Assembly: GCA_031364845.1 (NCBI GenBank)
Contig: JANLWX010000046.1
Coordinates: 1 to 20,135 of the forward strand
Direction: 5' to 3'
Length of the DNA stretch: 20,135 nucleotides
Source of the DNA: Candidatus Eiseniibacteriota bacterium
Lineage (GTDB): Bacteria > Eisenbacteria > RBG-16-71-46
Shown here: positions 6,907 to 14,857 of the stretch, one piece after another
How the letters are laid out: every line of letters starts with the position of its first letter
Numbering within the stretch: the stretch's first letter is position 1
The notes under the pieces: model-generated
The model's input: the letters and a program-made list of their open reading frames with translations, nothing else
Databases searched by the model: none
Told to the model about the DNA's origin: nothing
Translations under genes and position numbers: made by a program

Positions 6907-8172
6907 TCAGCGGATGATCCGTCCGGTCGCCTGCAGGCTGATCGGCGTGTCGAGCGTGATCCGCGAGCCGGAGGCGGGCTCCTGATAGACGATCGCACCA
7001 ACCGTGGGTGCCGCGGGCGGCGTGATCACGCGGAATCCGAGCGACTCCAGATGCCGCCGCACGCCCGAGATCTCCCGGCCGACGAGATCGGGCATCACGT
7101 ATTGCTCCTGCCCGGTGCCGGCCGAGACCAGGAGTGCCACCGATGCGTTGCGGGGCAGCACGTTCTCCGCGGGCGGATCGGTGCCCGCGATCAGCCCCTC
7201 GCCCACTTCGTCCGAAGGCGCGCGCGTGATGCCGGTGACGCGCAGGCCCGAACGCTGCAGCAGAAAGCGCGCGCTGCGCAGCGATTCACCGAACAGGCTC
7301 GGCACCGAGCTGAATTCTTCACCGAGGCTCACCACCACCATCACGCGCTTGCGGCCGCGCACCGGCGTTTCGGGCGCGGGATCCTGCGAAAGAATGAAGC
7401 CGCGGGGCACGGCAGGATCGAAGCGTTCACCGGCGCGCGAGAGCACGAGGCCGAGCGGCTTCAAGGCGATCTCGGCCTGGTCGTAGTTGAGGTTCGCGAG
7501 GTCCGGCACTTTCACTTCGGCGGTGCTGTGGATGAAGCGCGGCATGATCAGGTTGTTGAACACGAACATGCCGGTGCCGAACGCAGCGAGGGCCGCGACC
7601 ACGAGCAACACCATCGCACCGATCCGCCGCCGCGGCGGCTGTGGGCCGCTCTGCGCTTCGATCTGCTCGTCGGTGTAGACCGGAATCTCGGACGCGGAAT
7701 CGACGTAGGGTCCGGGGCGTCCGGTCGGGAGATCTTGTTCGCGGAGTTCGGGAACGGGCGCAGGTTCGGGTTCGACCGCGACAACCGGTGCCGCTGCTTC
7801 GACGGGAACCGGCACTGCCGGATCGGCAATCTTGCCCGCTGCGCCGCGCTTGCGCTTCGTGCGTCGCGGGGTGAATGCGGGAGTCGGCGGAACTTCCGGC
7901 GGCGCGGAGGCCGCGACCGTCGCCGGAGCAACGCTTTCCGCGGGCACGGTCTCGACCACATCCGCCGCGACGTCGGCCGGCGAATCCGCCGCGCCTCTTC
8001 CGCTCACTGCCGACGCGGGCTGCTCGCGCTTCGTGCCGCCCCATGGCCATCCCCACCACGCTCGTTTCGGCGCCGGCGGCGCCGAAATGACGGGCTCGCG
8101 GAACAGCGCTTCGTACTCGTCGTGATGTTCTGCGGGTTGCCTGCCGCGATCAGGGTCTTCCGATTCGCTCAT
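6907..8172 (-). CDS. PASTA domain membrane protein (disordered N-terminus, 1 TM helix, 3 PASTA repeats, no kinase domain)
   Basis: ATG 8172 overlaps the rsmB stop (ATGA). TM segment IGAMVLLVVAALAAFGTGMFVF follows RRR. PASTA starts are VKVPDLANL, SVPSLFGE and VMPDLVGR, with QDP/TDP/QEP motifs. Confidence 0.88.
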   Translation of the reverse strand: MSESEDPDRGRQPAEHHDEYEALFREPVISAPPAPKRAWWGWPWGGTKREQPASAVSGRGAADSPADVAADVVETVPAESVAPATVAASAPPEVPPTPAFTPRRTKRKRGAAGKIADPAVPVPVEAAAPVVAVEPEPAPVPELREQDLPTGRPGPYVDSASEIPVYTDEQIEAQSGPQPPRRRIGAMVLLVVAALAAFGTGMFVFNNLIMPRFIHSTAEVKVPDLANLNYDQAEIALKPLGLVLSRAGERFDPAVPRGFILSQDPAPETPVRGRKRVMVVVSLGEEFSSVPSLFGESLRSARFLLQRSGLRVTGITRAPSDEVGEGLIAGTDPPAENVLPRNASVALLVSAGTGQEQYVMPDLVGREISGVRRHLESLGFRVITPPAAPTVGAIVYQEPASGSRITLDTPISLQATGRIIR

Positions 8173-10604
8173 GTCTTGCGGAAGCGTGCGGCGAATGCGC
8201 CGTCGCAGCCGTGGACGTGTGGCAGCACGCTCATGAATCCGTTCTCGTCGACGACCGCATCGGGCAACAGCCCGCTCGCGGTCTCGAGCACGAACGACGG
8301 ATTCATGCGCAGGAAACGATCGACGACCATCGTGGTCTCTTCGGGTTCGAATGAGCACACGCTGTACACCAGCACGCCGCCCGGACGAATGCGCGGGCCC
8401 GCGGCCATCAGCAGATCGAGCTGGATCGGCGGCATCTCGCGCAGTGTGTCCGGCGTCTTGCGCCAGCGGGCATCGGCGCGGCGTCCGAGCACGCCGAGCC
8501 CCGAGCACGGCGCATCGACCAGCACGCGGTCGAACGGCATCGGGAACGCGTACGTGCGGCCGTCGCCCTGCACCACGTGAATCGCATGCGCGCCGAGGCG
8601 CGCGATCGTGTTCTCGAGCGCCTGCACGCGCTCGGGTGCGCGCTCCATCGCCCACACTTCGCCTTCATCCCCCATCAGCTCGGCGAGATGCGTCGACTTG
8701 CCGCCGGGTGCGGCACACAGGTCGAGCAGCCGCTCGTGCGGCTGCGGAGCGACCAGGCGTCCGACCAGCGCTTCGCTCTCGTCCTGCACGGTGCAGAAGC
8801 CCTGCTTGAACGCGGCGAGCTTGCCGGGCGAGTGATGCGCATCGACCCACACCAGATCGGGCGACAACTCGGCAACGCGCGACTCCACGCCTTCGGCGGC
8901 GAGGCGCGCGATCAGTTCGTCGCGCGTTCCGCGCAGCAGGTTCACACGGAGACCGACCGGCACGTGTTTGTTGTCGGCGGTCATCAGCGCGCGCGTGGCG
9001 TCGGGGCCGAAGCGCGCGAGCCACCGTTCGACGAGCCACAGCGGATGCGAGCCCCACGCGGACAGCGAGACCGCATCGTCGCCTTCGGGAAGCACGATCG
9101 AATCCTTCTCGTCCACCAGCCTGCGCAGCACGCTGTTCGCGAGCCCCGCGGTGCCGGGATGTCCGTACTGGTTCGCGAGTTTCACCGACTCGTCGACCGC
9201 CGCGTGCGCGGGAATCCGGTCGAGGAACAGGATCTGATAGGCGCCCATGCGCAGCACATTACGCACCCACGGCTGCACCTGCGCGATGCCGATGTGGACG
9301 AGCGGATCGAGGATCGAATCGATCCGTCCGCGCCAGCGCAGCGTGCCTTTGACCAGCTCGTGCAGCAGCGACTGATCGCGCGGATCCCACTCGGTGCGCG
9401 CATGCGCGCCGTCGAGCAGGCGATCGCTGAACACACCGCGCGTGTCGACTTCGTGCAGGATCCGCAACGCCGCTTCGCGCGGATTGTCGGGCAGCACGAA
9501 GTTCTCCTCGGGCTCGATGCGATTCGGATGCGCCCCACCGCGACCACGCGGATCCACATTGCGCTGCGGCGAGCGCGGGTCGCCGTGACGGCGTTCGTTG
9601 CGTGAGGTGTGTCCGCTGCTGCGCGAGAACTGGCGCGGATTGGGACCGCGCGATTCGCCTCCGCCGGACGGCGACGGGCCTCGGCCGCCACTATTGGCCG
9701 ATCCACGCGCGTCGCGACCGCCCGCGGCCGAGCCACGACGGTCGCGTCCATTGGATGCAGGCCCGCGTGCAGAGTCGCCGCGCGGTGCACCACCACGATT
9801 GTCGCGGCCGCCTGCAGAGGGTCCGCGCGAATAGCCATTGCCCGCACTCTCGCCTCGCGGATCGCGGCCACCGGCGGCCGGACCGCGCGAACGATCGCCG
9901 CGATTGTCACGGCCGCCGGGACCGCGTGAAACGTTCGCTCCGCCGCGATTGTCGCGTCCGCCCGCTGCGGGTCCGCGCGCATAACCACCACGGTTGTCGC
10001 GACTCGCTCCGGTGCTGGGCGTATCTCCGCCGTTTGATCCGCCACGATTGTCACGGCCGCCGGCCGCAGGACCGCGCGAATATCCGCCGCTCGCTCCGCC
10101 GCCACGATTGTCGCGCCCGCCCGCCGCGGGACCGCGCGAATACCCGCCGCTCGATCCACCACCGCGATTGTCGCGTCCGCCCGCCGCGGGACCGCGCGAG
10201 TCGCGCCCCCCGGCGTATCCGGCGCTACGGCCCGTGCCTCCGCCGCTGCGCCCATCGCGTCCACCCGCGGGCCCGCGAACGTATCCCGGCCGGCCGCCGC
10301 GCACACCGCGGGCCGGCTGGTCGTAGATCGGTCGCGAACGATTCACCGCGTGCTTCTGATCGTCGAGCGGATCGTTGTCGTACGACGTGCCGGAATCGGG
10401 TGCCGGGCCACTCTCGCGGGCGGGTCCGCGTTCCTCGCCGCGGAACGATCCGCCGCGGGTGTCGTGCGGCGCGCCGCGATCGGGGCGCGGGCCGCGCGTG
10501 GGAGTGCGATCGATGCGGCTGCGTCGCGCATCGGCGGCCGGACGCGCGGCCGGCTCGTCACCGGCGATGCGTTCGGGACCCTTCTCGGGTCGGTCTTCGT
10601 TCAC
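8169..10604 (-). CDS. rsmB: 16S rRNA m5C967 methyltransferase RsmB/Sun with ~370-aa RGG-rich N-terminal extension
   Basis: NusB-like domain (REAALRIL...AYQILFLDRIPAHAAVDESV...NSVLR), followed by SHPLWLV, DLCAAPGGKS, DAPCSGLG and YSVCS. The GTG start at 10604 overlaps the fmt stop (GTGA), with GGAGGA 6 nt upstream. Confidence 0.93.
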   Translation of the reverse strand: MNEDRPEKGPERIAGDEPAARPAADARRSRIDRTPTRGPRPDRGAPHDTRGGSFRGEERGPARESGPAPDSGTSYDNDPLDDQKHAVNRSRPIYDQPARGVRGGRPGYVRGPAGGRDGRSGGGTGRSAGYAGGRDSRGPAAGGRDNRGGGSSGGYSRGPAAGGRDNRGGGASGGYSRGPAAGGRDNRGGSNGGDTPSTGASRDNRGGYARGPAAGGRDNRGGANVSRGPGGRDNRGDRSRGPAAGGRDPRGESAGNGYSRGPSAGGRDNRGGAPRGDSARGPASNGRDRRGSAAGGRDARGSANSGGRGPSPSGGGESRGPNPRQFSRSSGHTSRNERRHGDPRSPQRNVDPRGRGGAHPNRIEPEENFVLPDNPREAALRILHEVDTRGVFSDRLLDGAHARTEWDPRDQSLLHELVKGTLRWRGRIDSILDPLVHIGIAQVQPWVRNVLRMGAYQILFLDRIPAHAAVDESVKLANQYGHPGTAGLANSVLRRLVDEKDSIVLPEGDDAVSLSAWGSHPLWLVERWLARFGPDATRALMTADNKHVPVGLRVNLLRGTRDELIARLAAEGVESRVAELSPDLVWVDAHHSPGKLAAFKQGFCTVQDESEALVGRLVAPQPHERLLDLCAAPGGKSTHLAELMGDEGEVWAMERAPERVQALENTIARLGAHAIHVVQGDGRTYAFPMPFDRVLVDAPCSGLGVLGRRADARWRKTPDTLREMPPIQLDLLMAAGPRIRPGGVLVYSVCSFEPEETTMVVDRFLRMNPSFVLETASGLLPDAVVDENGFMSVLPHVHGCDGAFAARFRKT
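10021..10200 (-). repeat. Three tandem 60-bp units encoding SRGPAAGGRDNRGG-type repeats within rsmB
   Basis: Lines 10021, 10081 and 10141 align at a 60-nt period, with mostly synonymous differences in the conserved core. Confidence 0.85.
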
Positions 10605-11557
10605 GAAACTTCCTCCTCATTCCAGGCCATGCGCTCTCCGGGAGTCACGCGAGTGCCGCGCGCCCATTCGTTCGCATCCATTTCAGAGCGACCCTCCGGC
10701 TTCACCCGCAACAACTCGAGCGATCCCTGCCCGCACGCCACCCGGACTCCCGTCGCGGTCAGACTCACGAGGGTTCCAGGTGCTGCTTCTGCCGGCAGCA
10801 GATCGTGCGGCCGGCATTTCTGGATCAACAGTCGTTTCCCGTCCCATCCGGTCATCGCACCCGGCCACGGAGTCACGGCACGCTGATGGTTCGCGATGGT
10901 GACTGCGTCGGCGGTCCAGTCGACGATCCCATCATGCTTGGCGAGTTTCTTCGCGTACGTGCCTTCGCGCGGTTGTGCGAAACGCGGCGCGGTTCCCGCC
11001 GCAGCGAGCATCAGGCTCTCGGCGAGCAGCGGCGCGCCGGCTTCGGCAAGGCGCGCGGCCAGCGTTTCCGCCGTGTCTTCGGGCTCGACCGGCGCCCATT
11101 GCTGCAGGATGCAGTCGCCGGTATCGATGCCGTGGTCCATCCAGATCGTCGTCACTCCGGTCCCGCTGCGTCCGTCCCACAACGCGCGTTGCACCGGTGA
11201 GGCTCCGCGATAATCGGGCAACAACGATCCATGAAGATTGATCGCACCCAGGCGCGGAAGCGCGAGCCACTCCGCGTTGAGGATCGCGCCGAACGCGACC
11301 ACCGCGAACAGATCCGGGCTCAAGTCTTTGATTTCGGCCATCAGCGTTGCCGACTTCATCGTTTCCGGTTTCCACACATTGAGCCCGAGTTCGTCCGCCG
11401 CCTGCGCCACTTCCGACGGCGTGACCTTTCGCCCGCGCCCGCGCGGACGATCGGGCTGCGTCATCACCGCGACCACATCGCAGCGTCGCGCCACCGCCCG
11501 CAGCGACGGTACCGCGAAGTCCGGCGTACCCATGAACACGACCCGCGGGCGCGACAT
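10601..11557 (-). CDS. fmt: Methionyl-tRNA formyltransferase
   Basis: Motifs VFMGTPDFAVPSL, TQPDRPRGRG, INLHGSLLPDYRGASP, GVTTIWMDHGIDTGD and PWPGA. Confidence 0.97.
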   Translation of the reverse strand: MSRPRVVFMGTPDFAVPSLRAVARRCDVVAVMTQPDRPRGRGRKVTPSEVAQAADELGLNVWKPETMKSATLMAEIKDLSPDLFAVVAFGAILNAEWLALPRLGAINLHGSLLPDYRGASPVQRALWDGRSGTGVTTIWMDHGIDTGDCILQQWAPVEPEDTAETLAARLAEAGAPLLAESLMLAAAGTAPRFAQPREGTYAKKLAKHDGIVDWTADAVTIANHQRAVTPWPGAMTGWDGKRLLIQKCRPHDLLPAEAAPGTLVSLTATGVRVACGQGSLELLRVKPEGRSEMDANEWARGTRVTPGERMAWNEEEVS

Positions 11558-11644
11558 CGGTGCGCGCGCGTCACGGCGCAGGCGTTCGAAGTCAGGAGCA
11601 TGAACGGATCACGAGCGTTTCCGGGACTTCCTCAAAGTACATCC

Positions 11645-12184
11645 TCAGCCGCCCAACGGCGGGTGATAGCCTTCGGGCAGCTCGCCGCGCGCGAGCGATT
11701 CGAGCGCGCGTTTCAGGAACTGGCGCTTGAGCGGCGACAACCGGTCCACGAACAGCACCCCGTCGAGATGGTCGACCTCGTGCTGGATCGCGCGCGCGAG
11801 ATAGCCCTGCGCTTCGATCTCGACCGGACGGCCGTGTTCGTCCTGTGCCGTCACCACCAGCTTCGCCGACCGCGCGACGTCGTCGTAGACGCCGGGGATC
11901 GACAGACAGCCTTCTTCGCCGGACTCCGAGCCCGACCGCGCGCCGATCACGGGGTTGATGAGCACATGCCGCGCGCGCCGGTCGTCGTCGGTCGGCACGT
12001 CCACCACCAGCACGCGGCGGGCGACACCGACCTGATTCGCCGCGAGCCCCACGCCCTCGTAGGCCTTCATGGTTTCGCGCATGTCGTCGACGAGCACACG
12101 CAGCGCGTCGTCGAACTCCGTCACCGGCTGCGCTTTCTGGCGCAGCACCGGATCACCGAAAATCCGCACGGGACGCAGCGCCAT
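11645..12184 (-). CDS. def: Peptide deformylase
   Basis: Motifs GVGLAANQVG, EGCLSIPG and QHEVDHLDG. Confidence 0.98.
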   Translation of the reverse strand: MALRPVRIFGDPVLRQKAQPVTEFDDALRVLVDDMRETMKAYEGVGLAANQVGVARRVLVVDVPTDDDRRARHVLINPVIGARSGSESGEEGCLSIPGVYDDVARSAKLVVTAQDEHGRPVEIEAQGYLARAIQHEVDHLDGVLFVDRLSPLKRQFLKRALESLARGELPEGYHPPLGG

Positions 12185-12212
12185 CAGTGCCGCTCCCGCC
12201 GACGCCCGCTCA

Positions 12213-12533
12213 TTACTTGGTTTCCGCCGGGATCACCTGAGTGATCGCGCTCTTCGAGAACTCGACCTTGGTCTCCTCGGCGATCTTGATGACCGCCTTC
12301 ACGCCGTCGATCCCGATCACGGTCCCGAAGATGCCGCCCGAGGTCAGCACGCGATCGCCCTTCTTCAAGTTCACGAGCATCTTCTCGAGCGTCTTCTGGC
12401 GCTGCTGCTGCGGGCGGATCAGGAGGAAGTAGATGATGAGGAAGATCGGGACGAACTGGAGGAACTGGAGCAGCACTGCGATCGTGGGGTTCGCGGGTCC
12501 GCCTGCGGCGCCCGTCTGCGCGAAGACATCCAT
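12213..12533 (-). CDS. yajC: Preprotein translocase subunit YajC
   Basis: IYFLLIRPQQQRQK...LKKGDRVLTSGGIFGTV...KSAI. ATG 12533 has AAGGAG upstream (12544-12549). It lies downstream of tgt, as usual. Confidence 0.95.
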   Translation of the reverse strand: MDVFAQTGAAGGPANPTIAVLLQFLQFVPIFLIIYFLLIRPQQQRQKTLEKMLVNLKKGDRVLTSGGIFGTVIGIDGVKAVIKIAEETKVEFSKSAITQVIPAETK

Positions 12534-12676
12534 TCGTTCGAATCTCCTTTGCGATCGGGGTTCCACGCGGCGCGCGGCGCGCGTGCGGGTCGCCCGGTGA
12601 AATCGCGGGTTCGCGAGAACCCGTGTCGGGAATCATCCAGTCGTGGTATCGAATCGTTTCTTGGCCGCGCGGGCGT

Positions 12677-13852
12677 TCAAGCCGGCGCCGGTGTCAGCGT
12701 CTCCCCGCTGTGGAACCGCTCCAGAAACTGCGAGCGGAACGCGGCGTAACGTCCTTCGAGAATCGCCTCGCGCGCTCCGCGCACGAGGTTCGCCATGTGA
12801 TGCACCGCATGTATCGTCGCGAGCCGCATCGCGAGCAACTCCCCCGCGGCGAACAGATGCCGCAGGTAGGCCCGCGAGAACCGGCGGCACGTGTAGCAAT
12901 CGCATTCGACATCGAGCGGACGCGGATCGCGCGCGTACGCCGCGTTCTTCACCACCAGCCGGCCGGTCGAGATGAACACCGTGCCCCGCCGCGCATTGCG
13001 CGTCGGCAGCACGCAGTCGAACATGTCCACGCCCCGCGCGACCGATTCCACGATGTCGATCGGATGCCCCACGCCCATCAGATAACGCGGGCGATCCGCG
13101 GGGAACATCCCGCAATCGTGTTCGACCATTTCCAAACCCAGCGAGCGCCCCTCGCCGACCCACAAACCCCCGAGCGCCCAGCCGTCGAACGCCATGCCGC
13201 TCAAACCTTCGAAACACCGGCGCCGTTCGGCGGGATCAGTGCCGCCCTGGTTGATGCCGAACACCGCCATCTTTCCGCGGCCTTCCCCGCGCAGCCGCTC
13301 GCGCTCCGCGAGCCCGCGCGCGGCCCACGCCACCGTGCGGTCCACCGCGCTACGCACGACCTCCGGGGTCGCGGGCAGCTCGACCAGCTCGTCGAACGAC
13401 ATCGCGATGTCGCTGCCGAGACCATCCTGAATACGGATCGCGTCCTCGGGTCCCAGATGATGCTTGCTGCCGTCCAGGTGCGAGCGGAACTCGACCCCTT
13501 GATCGGTCACCTTGCGCAGCGTCGACAGGCTCATGACCTGGAACCCGCCGCTGTCGGTGAGAATCGCGCGCGGCCAGTTCATGAACCGGTGGAGCCCGCC
13601 CATCTCCCGGACGATCTCGACGCCGGGACGCAACGACAGATGATAGGTATTGGCGAGCACAATCTCGACGCCCGCATCGATCAGTTCGTCCGGCGTCACC
13701 GACTTGACCGAGCCGGCGGTGCCGACCGGCATGAATGCAGGTGTGCGCGCCTCGATGTGCGCGAAGCGAATCCGCCCCGCCCGCGCCCGCGTGGTCTTGT
13801 CCACGGCATCGAGCTCGAAGCCGAGCGAAGACGGTTTCACCGATGAATCCAT
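12677..13852 (-). CDS. tgt: tRNA-guanine(34) transglycosylase
   Basis: Motifs TPAFMPVGT, LANTYHL, TDSGGFQV, RYLMGVG and DMFDCVLPTRNAR, plus Zn ligands CDCYTC...H. Start is uncertain (ATG 13852 or GTG 13840). Confidence 0.96.
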   Translation of the reverse strand: MDSSVKPSSLGFELDAVDKTTRARAGRIRFAHIEARTPAFMPVGTAGSVKSVTPDELIDAGVEIVLANTYHLSLRPGVEIVREMGGLHRFMNWPRAILTDSGGFQVMSLSTLRKVTDQGVEFRSHLDGSKHHLGPEDAIRIQDGLGSDIAMSFDELVELPATPEVVRSAVDRTVAWAARGLAERERLRGEGRGKMAVFGINQGGTDPAERRRCFEGLSGMAFDGWALGGLWVGEGRSLGLEMVEHDCGMFPADRPRYLMGVGHPIDIVESVARGVDMFDCVLPTRNARRGTVFISTGRLVVKNAAYARDPRPLDVECDCYTCRRFSRAYLRHLFAAGELLAMRLATIHAVHHMANLVRGAREAILEGRYAAFRSQFLERFHSGETLTPAPA

Positions 13853-13856
13853 CACA

Positions 13857-13886
13857 AAATTAGGCAAGCGCCGCGGCGGGCGTCAA
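13857..13886 (-). promoter_or_regulatory. Putative sigma70 promoter of the tgt operon
   Basis: Minus strand reads TTGACG (13886-13881), 18 nt, TAATTT (13862-13857). The -10 lies in a short AT-rich patch of the intergenic gap. Confidence 0.55.
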
Positions 13887-13890
13887 GCGT

Positions 13891-14583
13891 TCATCGACCG
13901 GCGCGGAGCGGCGTCAGCGAACCCTCGGCGTACGCGATCTTGACCTTGCCGACGGTCACGCACGACTTGCCATCGGGGCATGCGGTGACGTCGTTCCATC
14001 GATCGACATACCAGCGCGTCGGATCCGCGGCGAAACCCCGCGCAACCATGTCGGCCGGAATCTGCGCCGAATCGCCGCGGGTCACATAGAACACCGCGGC
14101 ACCGGAGGTCGAGTAGTCGGTACCGGGCGTGTTCACGATCAGGCGGACATTGGTCGCGATGCGCTTGTGGTGCGTGGCGCTCTTGCCGGGCCGGTCGTCG
14201 TTGGTGACGAGCAGCGGGTTGTCGAGCCCGAACACGATGCTCGTCGCCGCCGGTTTTCCGGGAGCGCCTTCCACGAACAGGTTCTTCGTGATCGCAAGCT
14301 CTTCTGGGCGGTCGATCTCCACCCCGATCGTCTGGGAATCCGAGACCGCGAACTCATAGATGAAGTCGTCCGTGAAGACATTGCGGTAGGTCACGGTGTC
14401 GCGCTGGTCCCAGCCCCACTCGAGCAACTTGAGGGCGTTCTGCGGCGAATTGGGGGTCGGCGGCACCGGCACTTCGGGTTCGACCGGCTTCTTCGACGAC
14501 TTGCCGCAGCCGGCCATGAGCGCCAGCACGAGCATTGCCGTGGTGACGCGGGTGCGGCCGCGCAGGAGTTGCAGGAAGGACAT
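13891..14583 (-). CDS. Hypothetical lipoprotein (possibly NTF2/SnoaL-like fold)
   Basis: ATG 14583 gives MSFLQLLRGRTRVTTAMLVLALMAG|CGKSS, a lipobox signal, then a Pro-rich linker and 'SPQNALKLLEWGWDQRDTVTYRNVFTDDFIYEF'. The upstream part of the listed ORF overlaps the divergent gene and is probably not translated. Confidence 0.75.
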   Translation of the reverse strand: MSFLQLLRGRTRVTTAMLVLALMAGCGKSSKKPVEPEVPVPPTPNSPQNALKLLEWGWDQRDTVTYRNVFTDDFIYEFAVSDSQTIGVEIDRPEELAITKNLFVEGAPGKPAATSIVFGLDNPLLVTNDDRPGKSATHHKRIATNVRLIVNTPGTDYSTSGAAVFYVTRGDSAQIPADMVARGFAADPTRWYVDRWNDVTACPDGKSCVTVGKVKIAYAEGSLTPLRAGR

Positions 14584-14857
14584 TTCAGATTTCCAGGGTC
14601 GTTGAGGTGGCCGCAGTGGGTGCCGCAGCACGGGGTGGCGGCAGCATACAACAACCGGGGCCGCCACAGGGAACCGGGTGGGCGGGAACCCGCCGCGCGC
14701 GGCCACCTCCAAACTGCACGGATTCCAACGGTTGAGTGCGCCGCGCGATCGGCCGATACCCCGGGCGACATTCCCGTTTGCGGGCGAAGCCATGCATTTC
14801 GCCCATCCCGCACCCCGTGGAACGCCTGGCTGGGCGCTCGAGGTCACTGTCGTCGGA

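Noticed and set aside
8173..8655. Extended N-terminus of the PASTA ORF (start 8655)
   Set aside because: It overlaps the rsmB catalytic domain in another frame. The ATGA coupling at 8172 is the more plausible start.
11592..11642. 16-codon minus-strand mini-ORF (MYFEEVPETLVIRSCS) between def and fmt
   Set aside because: Too short, with no recognisable similarity or supporting signal.
7051..13846. Long + strand ORFs (7051-8580, 8577-9605, 9602-11200, 11231-12244, 12623-13846)
   Set aside because: Antisense to clearly identified housekeeping genes, with low-complexity Arg/Ala-rich translations.
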